Source: Eledone cirrhosa (lineage: Eukaryota). From it: a stretch of 64,000 nucleotides of DNA. Positions 12,001 through 26,500 of the stretch are shown in pieces (positions within the stretch are counted from its first letter, which is position 1; each line of letters opens with the position of its first letter). Location: the NCBI GenBank assembly GCA_964016885.1, contig OZ024740.1, positions 137,826,001 through 137,890,000 on the forward strand. The letters run 5' to 3'. The notes under the pieces were generated by a model. It was not told the DNA's origin. It did not search any database and saw only the letters and a program-made list of their open reading frames with translations. A program made the position numbers and the translations under genes.

Positions 12001-15000
12001 CACTTTTCCCCCATCTCCAATTCTCTCTTTCTCTTATCACTTTTCTCTGAATCTCCAATTCTCTCTTTATCTTCTCACTTTTCTCTCAATCTCCAATCAT
12101 CTCTTTCTCTTCTCAGTTTACCCCCAATCTCCAATTCTCTCTTTCTCTCATCCCTTTTCTCTCAATCTCCAATTCGCTCATTCTCTTATCACTTTTCCCC
12201 CATCTCCAATTCTCTCTTTCTCTTATCACTTTTCTCTCAATCTCCAATTCTCTCTTTCTCTTATCACTTTTCCCCCAATCTCCAATTCTCTCTTTCTCTT
12301 ATCGCTTTTCTCTCAATATCCAATTCTCTCTTTCTCTTATCACTTTTCCCCCAATCTCCAATTCTCTCTTTCTCTTATCACTTTTCCCCCAATCTCCAAT
12401 TCTCTCTTTCTCTTATCACTTTTTTCTCACTCTCCAATTCTCTATTTCTCTTATGACTTTTCCCCCAATCCCCAATTCTCTCTTTCTATTATCAATTTTC
12501 TCTCAATCTCCAATTCTTTCTTTCTCTAATCACTTTTCCCCCAATCTCCAATTCTCTCTTTCTCTTCTCACTTTTCTCTGAATCTCCAATTCTCTCTTTA
12601 TCTTCTCACTTTTCTCTCATTCTCCAATCTTCTCTTTCTGTTCTCAGTTTACCCCCAATCTCCAATTCTCTCTTTCTCTCATCCCTTTTCTCTCAATCTC
12701 CAATTCGCTCTTTCTCTTATCACTTTTCTCTCAATCTCCAATTCTCTCTTTCTCTTATCACTTTTCCCCCATCTCCAATTCTCTCTTTCTCTTATCACTT
12801 TTCTCTCAATCTCCAATTCTCTCTTTCTCTTATCACTTTTCTCTCAATCTTCAATTCTCCCTTTCTCTTATCACTTTTCTCTCAATCTCCAATTCTCTCT
12901 TTCTCTTATCACTTTTCCCCCAATCTCCAATTCTCTCTTTCTCTTCTCACTTCTCTCTGAATCTCCAATTCTCTCTTTATCTTCTCACTTTTCTCTCAAT
13001 CTCCAATCTTCTCTTTCTGTTCTAAGTTTACCCCCAATCTCCAAATCTCTCTTTCTCTCATCCCTTTTGTCTCAATCTCCAATTCACTCTTTCTCTTATC
13101 ACTTTTCTCTCAATCTCCAATTCCCTCTTTCTCTTATCACTTTTCCCCCATCTCCAATTCTCTCTTTCTCTTATCACTTTTCTCTCAATCTCCAATTCTC
13201 TCTTTCTCTTATCACTTTTCTCTCAATCTCCAATTCTCTCTTTCTCTTATCACTTTTCTCTCAATCTCCAATTCCCTCTTTCTCTTATCACTTTTCTCTC
13301 AATCTCTAATTCTCTCTTTCTCTTATCACTTTTCTCTCAATCTCCAATTCTCTCTTTCTCTTATCACTTTTCTCTCAATCTCCAATATTCTCTCTTTCTC
13401 TTATCACTTTTCTCTCACTCTCCAAATCTCTCTTTCTCTTATCCCTTTTCCCCCAATCTCCAATTCTCTCTTTCTCTTATCAATTTTCTCTCAATCTCCA
13501 ATTCTTTCTTTCTCTAATCACTTTTCCCCCAATCTCCAATTCTCTCTTTCTCTTATCACTTTTCTCTCAATCTCCAATTCTCCTTTTCACTTATCATTTT
13601 TTCTCAATCTCCAATTCTCTCTTTCTCTTATCACTTTTCTCTCAATCTCCAATTCTCTCTTTCTCTTATAACTTTTCGCCCAATCTCCAATTCTCTCTTT
13701 CTCTTATCACTTTTCTATCAATCTCAAATTCTCTCTTTCTCTTATCACTTTTCTCTCAATCTCCAATTCTCTCTTTCTCTTCTCACATTTCCCCCAATCT
13801 CCAATTCTCTCTTTCTATTCTCACGTTTCCCCCAATCTCCAATTCTCTCTTTCTCTCATCACTTTTCTCTCAATCTCCAATTCTCTCTTTCTCTCCTAAC
13901 TTTTCCCCCAATCTCCAATTCTCTCTTTATCTTCTCACTTTTCTCTCAATCTCCAATCCTCTCTTTCTGTTCTCAGTTTACTCCCAATCTCCAATTCTCT
14001 CTTTCTCTTATCACTTTTCTCTCAATCTCCAAATCTCTCTTACTCTTATCACTTTTCCCCAATCTCCAATTCTCTCTTTCTATTATCACTTTTCTCTCAA
14101 TCTCCAATTCTCTCTTTCTCTTATCACCTTTCCCCCAATCTCCAATTCTCTCTTTCTCTTATCACTTATCTCTCAATCTCCAATTCTCTCTTTCTTTTAT
14201 GACTTTTCCCCCAATCTCCAATTCTCTCTTTCTGTAATCAATTTTCTCTCAATCTCCAATTCTCTCTTTATCTTCTCACTTTTTTCTCAATCTCCAATTC
14301 TCTCTTTCTCTTATCACTTTTCTCTCCATCTCCAATTCTCTCTTTCTCTTATCACTTTTCTCTCAATCTCCATATCTCTCTTTCTCTTCTCACTTTTCCT
14401 CCAATCTCCAATTCTCTCTTTCTCTTATCACTTTTCCCCCATCTCCAATTCTCTCTTTCTCTTATCACTTTTCTCTCAATCTCCAATTCTCTCTTTCTCT
14501 TATCACTTTTCTCTCAATCTCCAATTCTCTCTTTCTCAAATCACTTTTCTCTCAATCTCCTATTCTCTCTTTCTCTTATCACTTTTCCCCCATCTCCAAT
14601 TCTCTCTTTCTCTTATCACTTTTCTCTGAATCTCCAATTCTCTCTTTATCTTCTCACTTTTCTCTCAATCTCCAATCTTCTCTTTCTCTTCTCAGTTTAC
14701 CCCCAATCTCCAATTCTCTCTTTCTCTCATCCCTTTTCTCTCAATCTCCAATTCGCTCTTTCTCTTATCACTTTTCTCTCAATCTCCAATTCTCTCATTC
14801 TCTTATCACTTTTCCCCCATCTCCAATTCTCTCTTTCTCTTATCACTTTTCTCTCAATCTCCAATTCTCTCTTTCTCTTATCACTTTTCCCCCAATCTCC
14901 AAATCTCTCTTTCTCTTATCGCTTTTCTCTCAATATCCAATTCTCTCTTTCTCTTATCACTTTTCCCCCAATCTCCAATTCTCTCTTTCTCTTATCACTT

Positions 15001-15400
15001 TTCCCCCAATCTCCAATTCTCTCTTTCTCTTATCACTTTTTTCTCACTCTCCAATTCTCTATTTCTCTTATGACTTTTCCCCCAATCCCCAATTCTCTCT
15101 TTCTATTATCAATTTTCTCTCAATCTCCAATTCTTTCTTTCTCTAATCACTTTTCCCCCAATCTCCAATTCTCTCTTTCTCTTCTCACTTTTCTCTGAAT
15201 CTCCAATTCTCTCTTTATCTTCTCACTTTTCTCTCATTCTCCAATCTTCTCTTTCTGTTCTCAGTTTACCCCCAATCTCCAATTCTCTCTTTCTCTCATC
15301 CCTTTTCTCTCAATCTCCAATTCGCTCTTTCTCTTATCACTTTTCTCTCAATCTCCAATTCTCTCTTTCTCTTATCACTTTTCCCCCATCTCCAATTCTC
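4200..15400. repeat. Domain 1 higher-order repeat: about three rearranged copies of a 2.6-4.4 kb block
   Basis: Identical ORFs at 4478/8581 (offset 4103) and 6531/10937 (offset 4406). The marker CTGTAATCAATT is at 7247, 11653 and 14232. ORFs starting at TTGTCTCAATCTCCAATTCAC are at 5399, 9502, 9919 and 13067. Confidence 0.88.
9370..10100. repeat. Local tandem duplication with a 417-bp offset (11 monomers)
   Basis: The markers GTTCTAAGTTTACCCC and TTGTCTCAATCTCCAATTCAC repeat with ORF starts at 9502 and 9919. 417 = 11x38-1, consistent with one 37-bp CCCCCATC monomer in the unit. Confidence 0.85.
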
Positions 15401-17599
15401 TCTTTCTCTTATCACTTTTCTCCCAATCTCCAATTCTCACTTTCTCTTATCACTTTTCTCTCAATCTTCAATTCTCCCTTTCTCTTATCACTTTTCTCTC
15501 AATCTCCAATTCTCTCTTTCTCTTATCACTTTTCTCTCAATCTCCAATTCCCTCTTTCTCTTATCACTTTTCTCTCAATCTCTAATTCTCTCTTTCTATT
15601 ATCACTTTTCTCTCAATCTCCAATTCTCTCTTTCTCTTATCACTTTTCTCTCAATCTCCAATTCTCTCTTTCTCTTATCACTTTTCCCCCAATCTCCAAT
15701 TCTCTCTTTTTCTTATCACTTTTCTCTCACTCTCCAATTCTCTCTTTCTCTTATCACTTTTCCCCCAATCTCCAATTCTCTCTTTCTCTTATCAATTTTC
15801 TCTCAATCTCCAATTCTTTCTTTCTCTAATCACTTTTCCCCAATCTCCAATTCTCTCTTTCTCTTATCAATTTTCTCTCAATCTCCAATTCTCCTTTTCA
15901 CTTATCACTTTTTTCTCAATCTCCAATTCTCTCTTTCTCTTATCACTTTTATCTCAATCTCCAATTCTCTGTTTCTCTTCTCACTTTTCCCCCAATCTCC
16001 AATTCTCTCTTTCACTTCACACATTTCCCCCAATCTCCAATTCTCTCTTTCTCTCATCACTTTTCTCTCAATCTCCAATTCTCTCTTTCTCTCCTCACTT
16101 TTCTCTGAATCTCCAATTCTCTCTTTATCTTCTCACTTTTCTCTCAATCTCCAATCCTCTCTTTCTGTTCTCAGTTTACTCCCAATCTCCAATTCTCACT
16201 TTCTCTTATCACTTTTCTCTCAATCTCCAATTCTCTCTTTCTCTTATCACTTTTCCCCCAATCTCCAATTCTCTCTTTCTATTATCACTTTTCTCTCAAT
16301 CTCCAATTCTCTCTTTCTCTTATCACCTTTCCCCCAATCTCCAATTCTCTCTTTCTCTTATCACTTTTCTCTCAATCTCCAATTCTCTCTTTCTTTTCTC
16401 ACTTTTCCCCCAATCTCCAATTCTCTATATCTCTACACACAAATCCCCTAATCTCCAATTCTCTCTTTCACTTATCAATTTTCTCTCAATCTCCAATTCT
16501 CTCTTTCTCTTATCACTTTTCTCTCAATCTCCAATTCTCTCAATCTCTTATCACTTTTCTCTCAATCTCCAATTCCCTCTTTCTCTTAGCACTTTTCTCT
16601 CAATCTCTAATTCTCTCTTTCTCTTATCACTTTTCTCTCAATCTCCAATTCTCTCTTTCTCTTATCACTTTTCCCCCAATCTCCAATTCTCTCTTTCTCT
16701 TATCACTTTTCTCTCAATCTACAATTCTCTCTTTCTCTTATCACTTTTCCCCCAATCCCCAATTCTCTCTTTCTATTATCAATTTTCTCTCAATCTCCAA
16801 TTCTTTCTTTCTCTAATCACTTTTCCCCCAATCTCCAATTCTCTCTCTTTCTCTTATCACTTTTTCCCCAATCTCCAATTCTCTCTTTCTCTTCTCACTT
16901 TTCTCTGAATCTCCAATTCTCTCTTTATCTTCTCACTTTTCTCTCAATCTCCAATCTTCTCTTTCTGTTCTCAGTTTACCCCCAATCTCCAATTCTGTCT
17001 TTCTCTCATCCCTTTTCTCTCAATCTCCAATTCTCTCTTTCTCTTCCAACTTTTCACCCAATCACCAATTCTCTCTTTCTCTTATCACTTTTCCCCCAAT
17101 CTCCAATTCTCTCTTTCTCTTATCACTTTAACACACTCTCCAATTCTCTCTTTCTCTTATCACTTTTCCCCCAATCTCCAATTCTCTCTTTCTCTTATCA
17201 ATTTTAATCTCCAATTCTTTCCTTCTCTAATCACTTTTCCCCCAATCTCCAATTCTCTCTTTCTCTTATCACTTTTCCCCCATCTCCAATTCTCTCTTTC
17301 ACTTATCACTTTTCTCTCAATCTCCAATTCTCTCTTTCTCTTATCACTTTTCTCTCAATCTCTAATTCTCTCTTTCTCTTATCACTTTTCTCTCAATCTC
17401 CAATTCTCTCTTTCTCTTATCACTTTTCCCCCCAATCTCCAATTCTCTCTTTCTCTTATCACTTTTCTCTCACTCTCCAATTCTCTCTTTCTCTTATGAC
17501 TTTTCCCCCAATCTCCAATTCTCTCTTTCTCTTATCACTTTTCTCTCAATCTCCAATTCTCTCTTTCTCTTATGACATTTCCCCCAATCTCCAATTATC

Positions 17600-20500
17600 T
17601 CTTTCTCTTATCACTTTTCTCTCAATCTTCAATTCTCCTCTTCACTTATCACTTTTTTCTCAATCTCCAATTCTCTCTTTCTCTTATCACTTTTCTCTCA
17701 GTCTCCAATTCTCTCTTTCTCTTATCACTTTTCCCCCAATCTCCAATTCTCTCTTTCTCTTATCACCTTTCCCCCAATCTCCAATTCTCTCTTTCTCTTA
17801 TCACTTTTCTCTCAATCTCCAATTCTCTCTTTCTCTTATGACTTTTCCCCCAATCTCCAATTCTCTCTTTCTGTTATCAATTTTCTCTCAATCTCCAATT
17901 CTTTTTTTCTCTTATCACTTTTCTCTCAATCTCCAATTCTCTCTTTCTCTTATCACTTTTCCCCCATCTCCAATTCTGTCTTTCTCTTATCACTTTTCTC
18001 TCAATCTCCAATTCCCTCTTTCTCTTAAGACTTTTCTCTCAATCTCTAATTCTCTCTTTCTCCTATCACTTTTCTCTCAATCTCCAATTCTCTCTTTCTC
18101 TTATCACTTTTCCCCCCAATCTCCAATTCTCTCTTTCTCTTATCACTTTTCTCTCACTCTCCAATTCTCTCTTTCTCTTATGACTTTTCCCCCAAACTCC
18201 AATTCTCTCTTTCTCTTATCCCTTTCCTCTCAATCTCCAATTCTCTCTTTCTTTTCTCACTTTTCCCCCAATCTCCAATTCTGTATTTCTCTACACACAA
18301 ATCCCCTAATCTCCAATTCTCTCTTTCACTTATCAATTTTCTCTCAATCTCCAATTCTCTCTTTCTCTTATCACTTTTCTCCCAATCTCCAATTCTCTCA
18401 ATCTCTTATCACTTTTCTCTCAATCTCCAATTCCCTCTTTCTCTTATCACTTTTCTCTCAATCTCTAATTCTCTCTTTCTCTTATCACTTTTCTCTCAAT
18501 CTCCAATTCTCTCTTTCTCTTATCACTTTTCTCTCAATCTCCAATCCTCTCTTTCTGTTCTCAGTTTACTCCCAATCTCCAATTCTCTCTTTCTCTTATC
18601 GCTTTTCTCTCAATCTCCAATTCTCTCTTTCTCTTATCACTTTTCCCCCAATCTCCAATTCTCTCTTTCTATTATCACTTTTCTCTCAATCTCCAATTCT
18701 CTCTTTCTCTTATCACCTTTCCCCCAATCTCCAATTCTCTCTTTCTCTTATCACTTTTCTCTCAATCTCCAATTCTCTCTTTCTCTTATCACTTTTCCCC
18801 CAATCTCCAATTCTCTCTTTCTGTTATCAATTTTCTCTCAATCTCCAATTCTTTCTTTCTCTTATCACTTTTCTCTCAATCTCCAATTCTCTCTTTCTCT
18901 TATCACTTTTCCTCCATCTCCAATTCTCTCTTTCTCTTATCACTTTTCTCTCAATCTCCAATTCTCTCTTTCTCTTATCACTTTTATCTCAATCTCCAAT
19001 TCGCTCTTTCTCATATCACTTTTCTCTCAATCTCCAATTCTCTCTTTCTCTTCTCACTTTTACCCCAATCTCCAATTCTCTCTTTCTCTTATCACTTTTC
19101 CTCCAATCTCCAATTCTCTCTTTCTCTTATCAATTTTCTCTCAATCTCCAATTCTTTCTTTATCTAATCACTTTTCCCCCAATCTCCAATTCTCTCTTTC
19201 TCTTATCACTTTTCTCTCAATCTCCAATTCCCTCTTTCTCTTATCACTTTTCTTTTTCTCTCACTCTCCAATTCTCTCTTTCTCTTATGTCTTTTCCCCC
19301 AATCTCCAATTCCCTCTTTCTCTTATCCCTTTTCTCTCAATCTCCAATTCTCTCTTTCTTTTCTCACTTTTCCCCCAATCTCCAATTCTCTCTTTCTCTT
19401 CACACTTTTCCCCCAATCTCCAATTCTCTCTTTCTCTTATCACCTTTCCCCCAATCTCCAATTCTCTCTTTCTCTTATCCCTTTTCTCTCAATCTCCAAT
19501 TCTCTCTTTCTTTTCTCACTTTTCCCCCAATCTCCAATTCTGTATTTCTCTACACACAAATCCCCTAATCTCCAATTCTCTCTTTCACTTATCAATTTTC
19601 TCTCAATCTCCAATTCTCTCTTTCTCTTATCACTTTTCTCTCAATCTCCAATTCTCTCAATCTCTTATCACTTTTCTCTCAATCTCCAATTCCCTCTTTC
19701 TCTTATCACTTTTCTCTCAATCTCTAATTCTCTCTTTCTCTTATCACTTTTCTCTCAATGTCCAATTCTCTCTTTCTCGTATCCCTTTCCTCTCAATCTC
19801 CAATTCTCTCTTTCTTTTCTCACTTTTCCCCCAATCTCCAATTCTGTATTTCTCTACACACAAATCCCCTAATCTCCAATTCTCTCTTTCACTTACCAAT
19901 TTTCTCTCAATCTCCAATTCTCTCTTTCTCTTATCACTTTTCTCCCAATCTCCAATTCTCTCAATCTCTTATCACTTTTCTCTCAATCTCCAATTCCCTC
20001 TTTCTCTTATCACTTTTCTCTCAATCTCTAATTCTCTCTTTCTCTTATCACTTTTCTCTCAATCTCCAATTCTCTCTTTCTCTTATCACTTTTCTCTCAA
20101 TCTCCAATCCTCTCTTTCTGTTCTCAGTTTACTCCCAATCTCCAATTCTCTCTTTCTCTTATCGCTTTTCTCTCAATCTCCAATTCTCTCTTTCTCTTAT
20201 CACTTTTCCCCCAATCTCCAATACTCTCTTTCTATTATCACTTTTCTCTCAATCTACAATTCTCTCTTTCTCTTATCCCCTTTCCCCCAATCTCCAATTC
20301 TCTCTTTCTCTTATCACTTTTCTCTCAATCTCCAATTCTCTCTTTCTCTTATCACTTTTCCCCCAATCTCCAATTCTCTCTTTCTGTTATCAATTTTCTC
20401 TCAATCTCCAATTCTTTCTTTCTCTTATCACTTTTCTCTCAATCTCCAATTCTCTCTTTCTCTTATCACTTTTCCCCCATCTCCAATTCTCTCTTTCTCT

Positions 20501-23500
20501 TATCACTTTTCTCTCAATCTCCAATTCACTCTTTCTCTTATCACTTTTATCTCAATCTCCAATTCGCTCTTTCTCATATCACTTCTCTCTCAATCTCCAA
20601 TTCTCTCTTTCTCTTCTCACTTTTACCCCAATCTCCAATTCTCTCTTTCTCTTATCACTTTTCCTCCAATCTCCAATTCTCTCTTTCTCTTATCAATTTT
20701 CTCTCAATCTCCAATTCTTTCTTTATCTAATCACTTTTCCCCCAATCTCCAATTCTCTCTTTCTCTTATAACTTTTCTCTCAATCTCCAATTCCCTCTTT
20801 CTCTTATCACTTTTCTTTTTCTCTCATTCTCCAATTCTCTCTTTCTCTTATGTCTTTTCCCCCAATCTCCAATTCTCTCTTTCTCTTATCCCTTTTCTCT
20901 CAATCTCCAATTCTCTCTTTCTTTTCTCACTTTTCCCCCAATCTCCAATTCTCTCTTTCTCTTCACACTTTTCCCCCAATCTCCAATTCTCTCTTTCTCT
21001 TATCACCTTTCCCCCAATCTCCAATTCTCTCTTTCTCTTATCCCTTTTCTCTCAATCTCCAATTCTCTCTTTCTTTTCTCACTTTTCCCCCAATCTCCAA
21101 TTCTGTATTTCTCTACACACAAATCCCCTAATCTCCAATTCTCTCTTTCACTTATCAATTTTCTCTCAATCTCCAATTCTCTCTTTCTCTTATCACTTTT
21201 CTCTCAATCTCCAATTCTCTCAATCTCTTATCACTTTTCTCTCAATCTCCAATTCCCTCTTTCTCTTATCACTTTTCTCTCAATCTCTAATTCTCTCTTT
21301 CTCTTATCACTTTTCTCTCAATGTCCAATTCTCTCTTTCTCTTATCCCTTTCCTCTCAATCTCCAATTCTCTCTTTCTTTTCTCACTTTTCCCCCAATCT
21401 CCAATTCTGTATTTCTCTACACACAAATCCCCTAATCTCCAATTCTCTCTTTCACTTATCAATTTTCTCTCAATCTCCAATTCTCTCTTTCTCTTATCAC
21501 TTTTCTCCTAATCTCCAATTCTCTCAATCTCTTATCACTTTTCTCTCAATCTCCAATTCCCTCTTTCTCTTATCACTTTTCTCTCAATCTCTAATTCTCT
21601 CTTTCTCTTATCACTTTTCTCTCAATCTACAATTCTCTCTTTCTCTTATCACTTTTCTCTCAATCTCCAATCCTCTCTTTCTGTTTTCAGTTTACTCCCA
21701 ATCTCCAATTCTCTCTTTCTCTTCCAACTTTTCACCCAATCACCAATTCTCTCTTTCTCTTATCACTTTTCCCCCAATCTCCAATTCTCTCTTTCTCTTA
21801 TAACTTTAACTCACTCTCCAATTCTCTCTTTCTCTTATCACTTTTCCCCCAATCTCCAATTCTCTCTTTCTCTTATCAATTTCTCTCAATCTCCAATTCT
21901 TTCCTTCTCTAATCACTTTTCCCCCAATCTCCAATTCTTTCTTTCTCTTATCACTTTTCTCTCAATCTCCAATTCTCCTTTTCACTTATCACTTTTTTCT
22001 CAATCTCCAATTCTCTCTTTCTCTTATCACTTTTCTCTCAATCTCCAATTCTCTCTTTCTCTTATCACTTTTCCCCCAATCTCCAATTCTCTCTTTCTCT
22101 TATGACTTTTCCCCCAATCTCCAATTCTCTCTTTCTGTTATCAATTTTCTCTCAATCTCCAATTCTTTCTTTCTCTTATCACTTTTCTCTCAATCTCCAA
22201 TTCTCTCTTTCTCTTATCACTTTTCCCCCATCTCCAATTCTCTCTTTCTCTTATCACTTTTCTCTCAATCTCCAATTCTCTCTTTCTCTTATCACTTTTC
22301 TCTCAATCTCTAATTCTCTCTTTCTCTTATCACTTTTCTCTCAATCTCCAATTCTCTCTTTCTCTTATCACTTTTCCCCCCAATCTCCAATTCTCTCTTT
22401 CTCTTATCACTTTTCTCTCACTCTCCAATTCTCTCTTTCTCTTATGACTTTTCCCCCAATCTCCAAGTCTCTCTTTCTCTTATCACTTTTCTCTCAATCT
22501 CCAATTCTCTCTTTCTCTTATGACATTTCCCCCAATCTCCAATTATCTCTTTCTCTTATCACTTTAACTCACTCTCCAATTCTCTCTTTCTCTTATCACT
22601 TTTCCCCCAATCTCCAATTCTCTCTTTCTCTTATCAATTTTCTCTCAATCTCCAATTCTTTCTTTCTGTAATCCCTTTTCCCCCAATCTCCAATTCTCTC
22701 TTTCTCTTATCACTTTTCTCTCAATCTTCAATTCTCCTTTTCACTTATCACTTTTTTCTCAATCTCCAATTCTCTCTTTCTCTTATCACTTTTCTCTCAA
22801 TCTCCAATTCTCTCTTTCTCTTATCACTTTTCCCCCAATCTCCAATTCTCTCTTTCTCTTATCACCTTTCCCCCAATCTCCAATTCTCTCTTTCTCTTAT
22901 CACTTTTCTCTCAATCTCCAATTCTCTCTTTCTCTTATGACTTTTCCTCCAATCTCCAATTCTCTCTTTCTGTTATCAATTTTCTCTCAATCTCCAATTC
23001 TTTTTTTCTCTTATCACTTTTCTCTCAATCTCCAATTCTCTCTTTCTCTTATCACTTTTCCCCCATCTCCAATTCTGTCTTTCTCTTATCACTTTTCTCT
23101 CAATCTCCAATTCCCTCTTTCTCTTATCACTTTTCTCTCAATCTCTAATTCTCTCTTTCTCCTATCACTTTTCTCTCAATCTCCAATTCTCTCTTTCTCT
23201 TATCACTTTTCCCCCCAATCTCCAATTCTCTCTTTCTCTTATCACTTTTCTCTCACTCTCCAATTCTCTCTTTCTCTTATGACTTTTCCCCCAAACTCCA
23301 ATTCTCTCTTTCTCTTATCCCTTTCCTCTCAATCTCCAATTCTCTCTTTCTTTTCTCACTTTTCCCCCAATCTCCAATTCTGTATTTCTCTACACACAAA
23401 TCCCCTAATCTCCAATTCTCTCTTTCACTTATCAATTTTCTCTCAATCTCCAATTCTCTCTTTCTCTTATCACTTTTCTCCCAATCTCCAATTCTCTCAA

Positions 23501-26500
23501 TCTCTTATCACTTTTCTCTCAATCTCCAATTCCCTCTTTCTCTTATCACTTTTCTCTCAATCTCTAATTCTCTCTTTCTCTTATCACTTTTCTCTCAATC
23601 TCCAATTCTCTCTTTCTCTTATCACTTTTCTCTCAATCTCCAATCCTCTCTTTCTGTTCTCAGTTTACTCCCAATCTCCAATTCTCTCTTTCTCTTATCG
23701 CTTTTCTCTCAATCTCCAATTCTCTCTTTCTCTTATCACTTTTCCCCCAATCTCCAATTCTCTCTTTCTATTATCACTTTTCTCTCAATCTCCAATTCTC
23801 TCTTTCTCTTATCACCTTTCCCCCAATCTCCAATTCTCTCTTTCTCTTATCACTTTTCTCTCAATCTCCAATTCTCTCTTTCTCTTATCACTTTTCCCCC
23901 AATCTCCAATCCTCTCTTTCTGTTATCAATTTTCTCTCAATCTCCAATTCTTTCTTTCTCTTATCACTTTTCTCTCAATCTCCAATTCTCTCTTTCTCTT
24001 ATCACTTTTATCTCAATCTCCAATTCGCTCTTTCTCATATCACTTTTCTCTCAATCTCCAATTCTCTCTTTCTCTTCTCACTTTTACCCCAATCTCCAAT
24101 TCTCTCTTTCTCTTATCACTTTTCCTCCAATCTCCAATTCTCTCTTTCTCTTATCAATTTTCTCTCAATCTCCAATTCTTTCTTTATCTAATCACTTTTC
24201 CCCCAATCTCCAATTCTCTCTTTCTCTTATCACTTTTCTCTTAATCTCCAATTCCCTCTTTCTCTTATCACTTTTCTTTTCTCTCACTCTCCAATTCTCT
24301 CTTTCTCTTATGTCTTTTCCCCCAATCTCCAATTCTCACTTTCTCTTATCCCTTTTCTCTCAATCTCCAATTCTCTCTTTCTTTTCTCACTTTTCCCCCA
24401 ATCTCCAATTCTCTCTTTCTCTTCACACTTTTCCCCCCAATCTCCAATTCTCTCTTTCTCTTATTACCTTTCCCCCAATCTCCAATTCTCTCTTTCTCTT
24501 ATCCCTTTTCTCTCAATCTCCAATTCTCTCTTTCTTTTCTCACTTTTCCCCCAATCTCCAATTCTGTATTTCTCTACACACAAATCCCCTAATCTCCAAT
24601 TCTCTCTTTCACTTATCAATTTTTTCTCAATCTCCAATTCTCTCTTTCTCTTATCACTTTTCTCTCAATCTCCAATTCTCTCAATCTCTTATCACTTTTC
24701 TCTCAATCTCCAATTCCCTCTTTCTCTTATCACTTTTCTCTCAATCTCTAATTCTCTCTTTCTCTTATCACTTTTCTCTCAATGTCCAATTCTCTCTTTC
24801 TCTTATCCCTTTCCTCTCAATCTCCAATTCTCTCTTTCTTTTCTCACTTTTCCCCCAATCTCCAATTCTGTATTTCTCTACACACAAATCCCCTAATCTC
24901 CAATTCTCTCTTTCACTTATCAATTTTCTCTCAATCTCCAATTCTCTCTTTCTCTTATGACTTTTTTCCCAATCTCCAATTCTCTCAATCTCTTATCACT
25001 TTTCTCTCAATCTCCAATTCCCTCTTTCTCTTATCACTTTTCTCTCAATCTCTAATTCTCTCTTTCTCTTATCACTTTTCTCTCAATCTCCAATTCTCTC
25101 TTTCTCTTATCACTTTTCTCTCAATCTCCAATCCTCTCTTTCTGTTCTCAGTTTACTCCCAATCTCCAATTCTCTCTTTCTCTTGTCACTTTTCTCTCAA
25201 TCTCCAATTCTCTCTTTCTCTTATCACTTTTCCCCCAATCTCCAATTCTCTCTTTCTATTATCACTTTTCTCTCAATCTCCAATTCTTTCTTTATCTAAT
25301 CACTTTTGCCCCAATCTCCAATTCTCTCTTTCTCTTATCACTTTTCTCTTAATCTCCAATTCACTCTTTCTCTTATCACTTTTCTCTCAATCTCCAATTC
25401 CCTCTTTCTCTTATCACTTTTCTTTTTCTCTCACTCTCCAATTCTCTCTTTCTCTTATCCCTTTTCTCTCAATCTCCAATTCTCTCTTTCTTTTCTCACA
25501 TTTCCCCCATCTCCAATTCTCTCTTTCTCTTATCACTTTTCTCTCAATCTCCAATTCTCTCTTTCTCTTATCACTTTTATCTCAATCTCCAATTCTCTCT
25601 TTCTCTTATCACGTTTCTCTCAATCTCCAATTCTCTCTTTCTCTTCTCACTTTTACCCCAATCTCCAATTCTCTCTTTCTCTTATCACTTTTCCTCCAAT
25701 CTCCATTTCTCTCTTTGTCTTATCAATTTTCTCTCAATCTCCAATTCTTTCTTTATCTAATCACTTTTGCCCCAATCTCCAATTCTCTCTTTCTCTTATC
25801 ACTTTTCTCTTAATCTCCAATTCACTCTTTCTCTTATCACTTTTCTCTCAATCTCCAATTCCCTCTTTCTCTTATCACTTTTCTTTTTCTCTCACTCTCC
25901 AATTCTCTCTTTCTCTTATCCCTTTTCTCTCAATCTCCAATTCTCTCTTTCTTTTCTCACTTTTCCCCCAATCTCCAATTCTCTCTTTCTCTTCACACTT
26001 TTCGCCCAATCTCCAATTCTCTGTTTCTCTTATCACCTTTCCCCCAATCTCCAATTCTCTCTTTCTCTTATCCCTTTTCTCTCAATCTCCAATTCTCTCT
26101 TTCTTTCTCACTTTTCCCCCAATCTCCAATTCTGTATTTCTCTACACACAAATCCCCTAATCTCCAATTCTCTCTTTCACTTATCAATTTTCTCTCAATC
26201 TCCGATTCTTTCTTTCTCTTATCACTTTTCTCTCAATCTCCAATTCTCTCAATCTCTTATAACTTTTCTCTCAATCTCCAATTCCCTCTTTCTCTTATCA
26301 CTTTTCTCTCAATCTCTAATTCTCTCTTTCTCTTATCACTTTTCTCTCAATCTCCAATTCTCTCTTTCTCTTATCACTTTTCTCTCAATCTCCAATCCTC
26401 TCTTTCTGTTCTCAGTTTACTCCCAATCTCCAATTCTCTCTTTCTCTTGTCACTTTTCTCTCAATCTCCAATTCTCTCTTTCTCTTATCACTTTTCCCCC

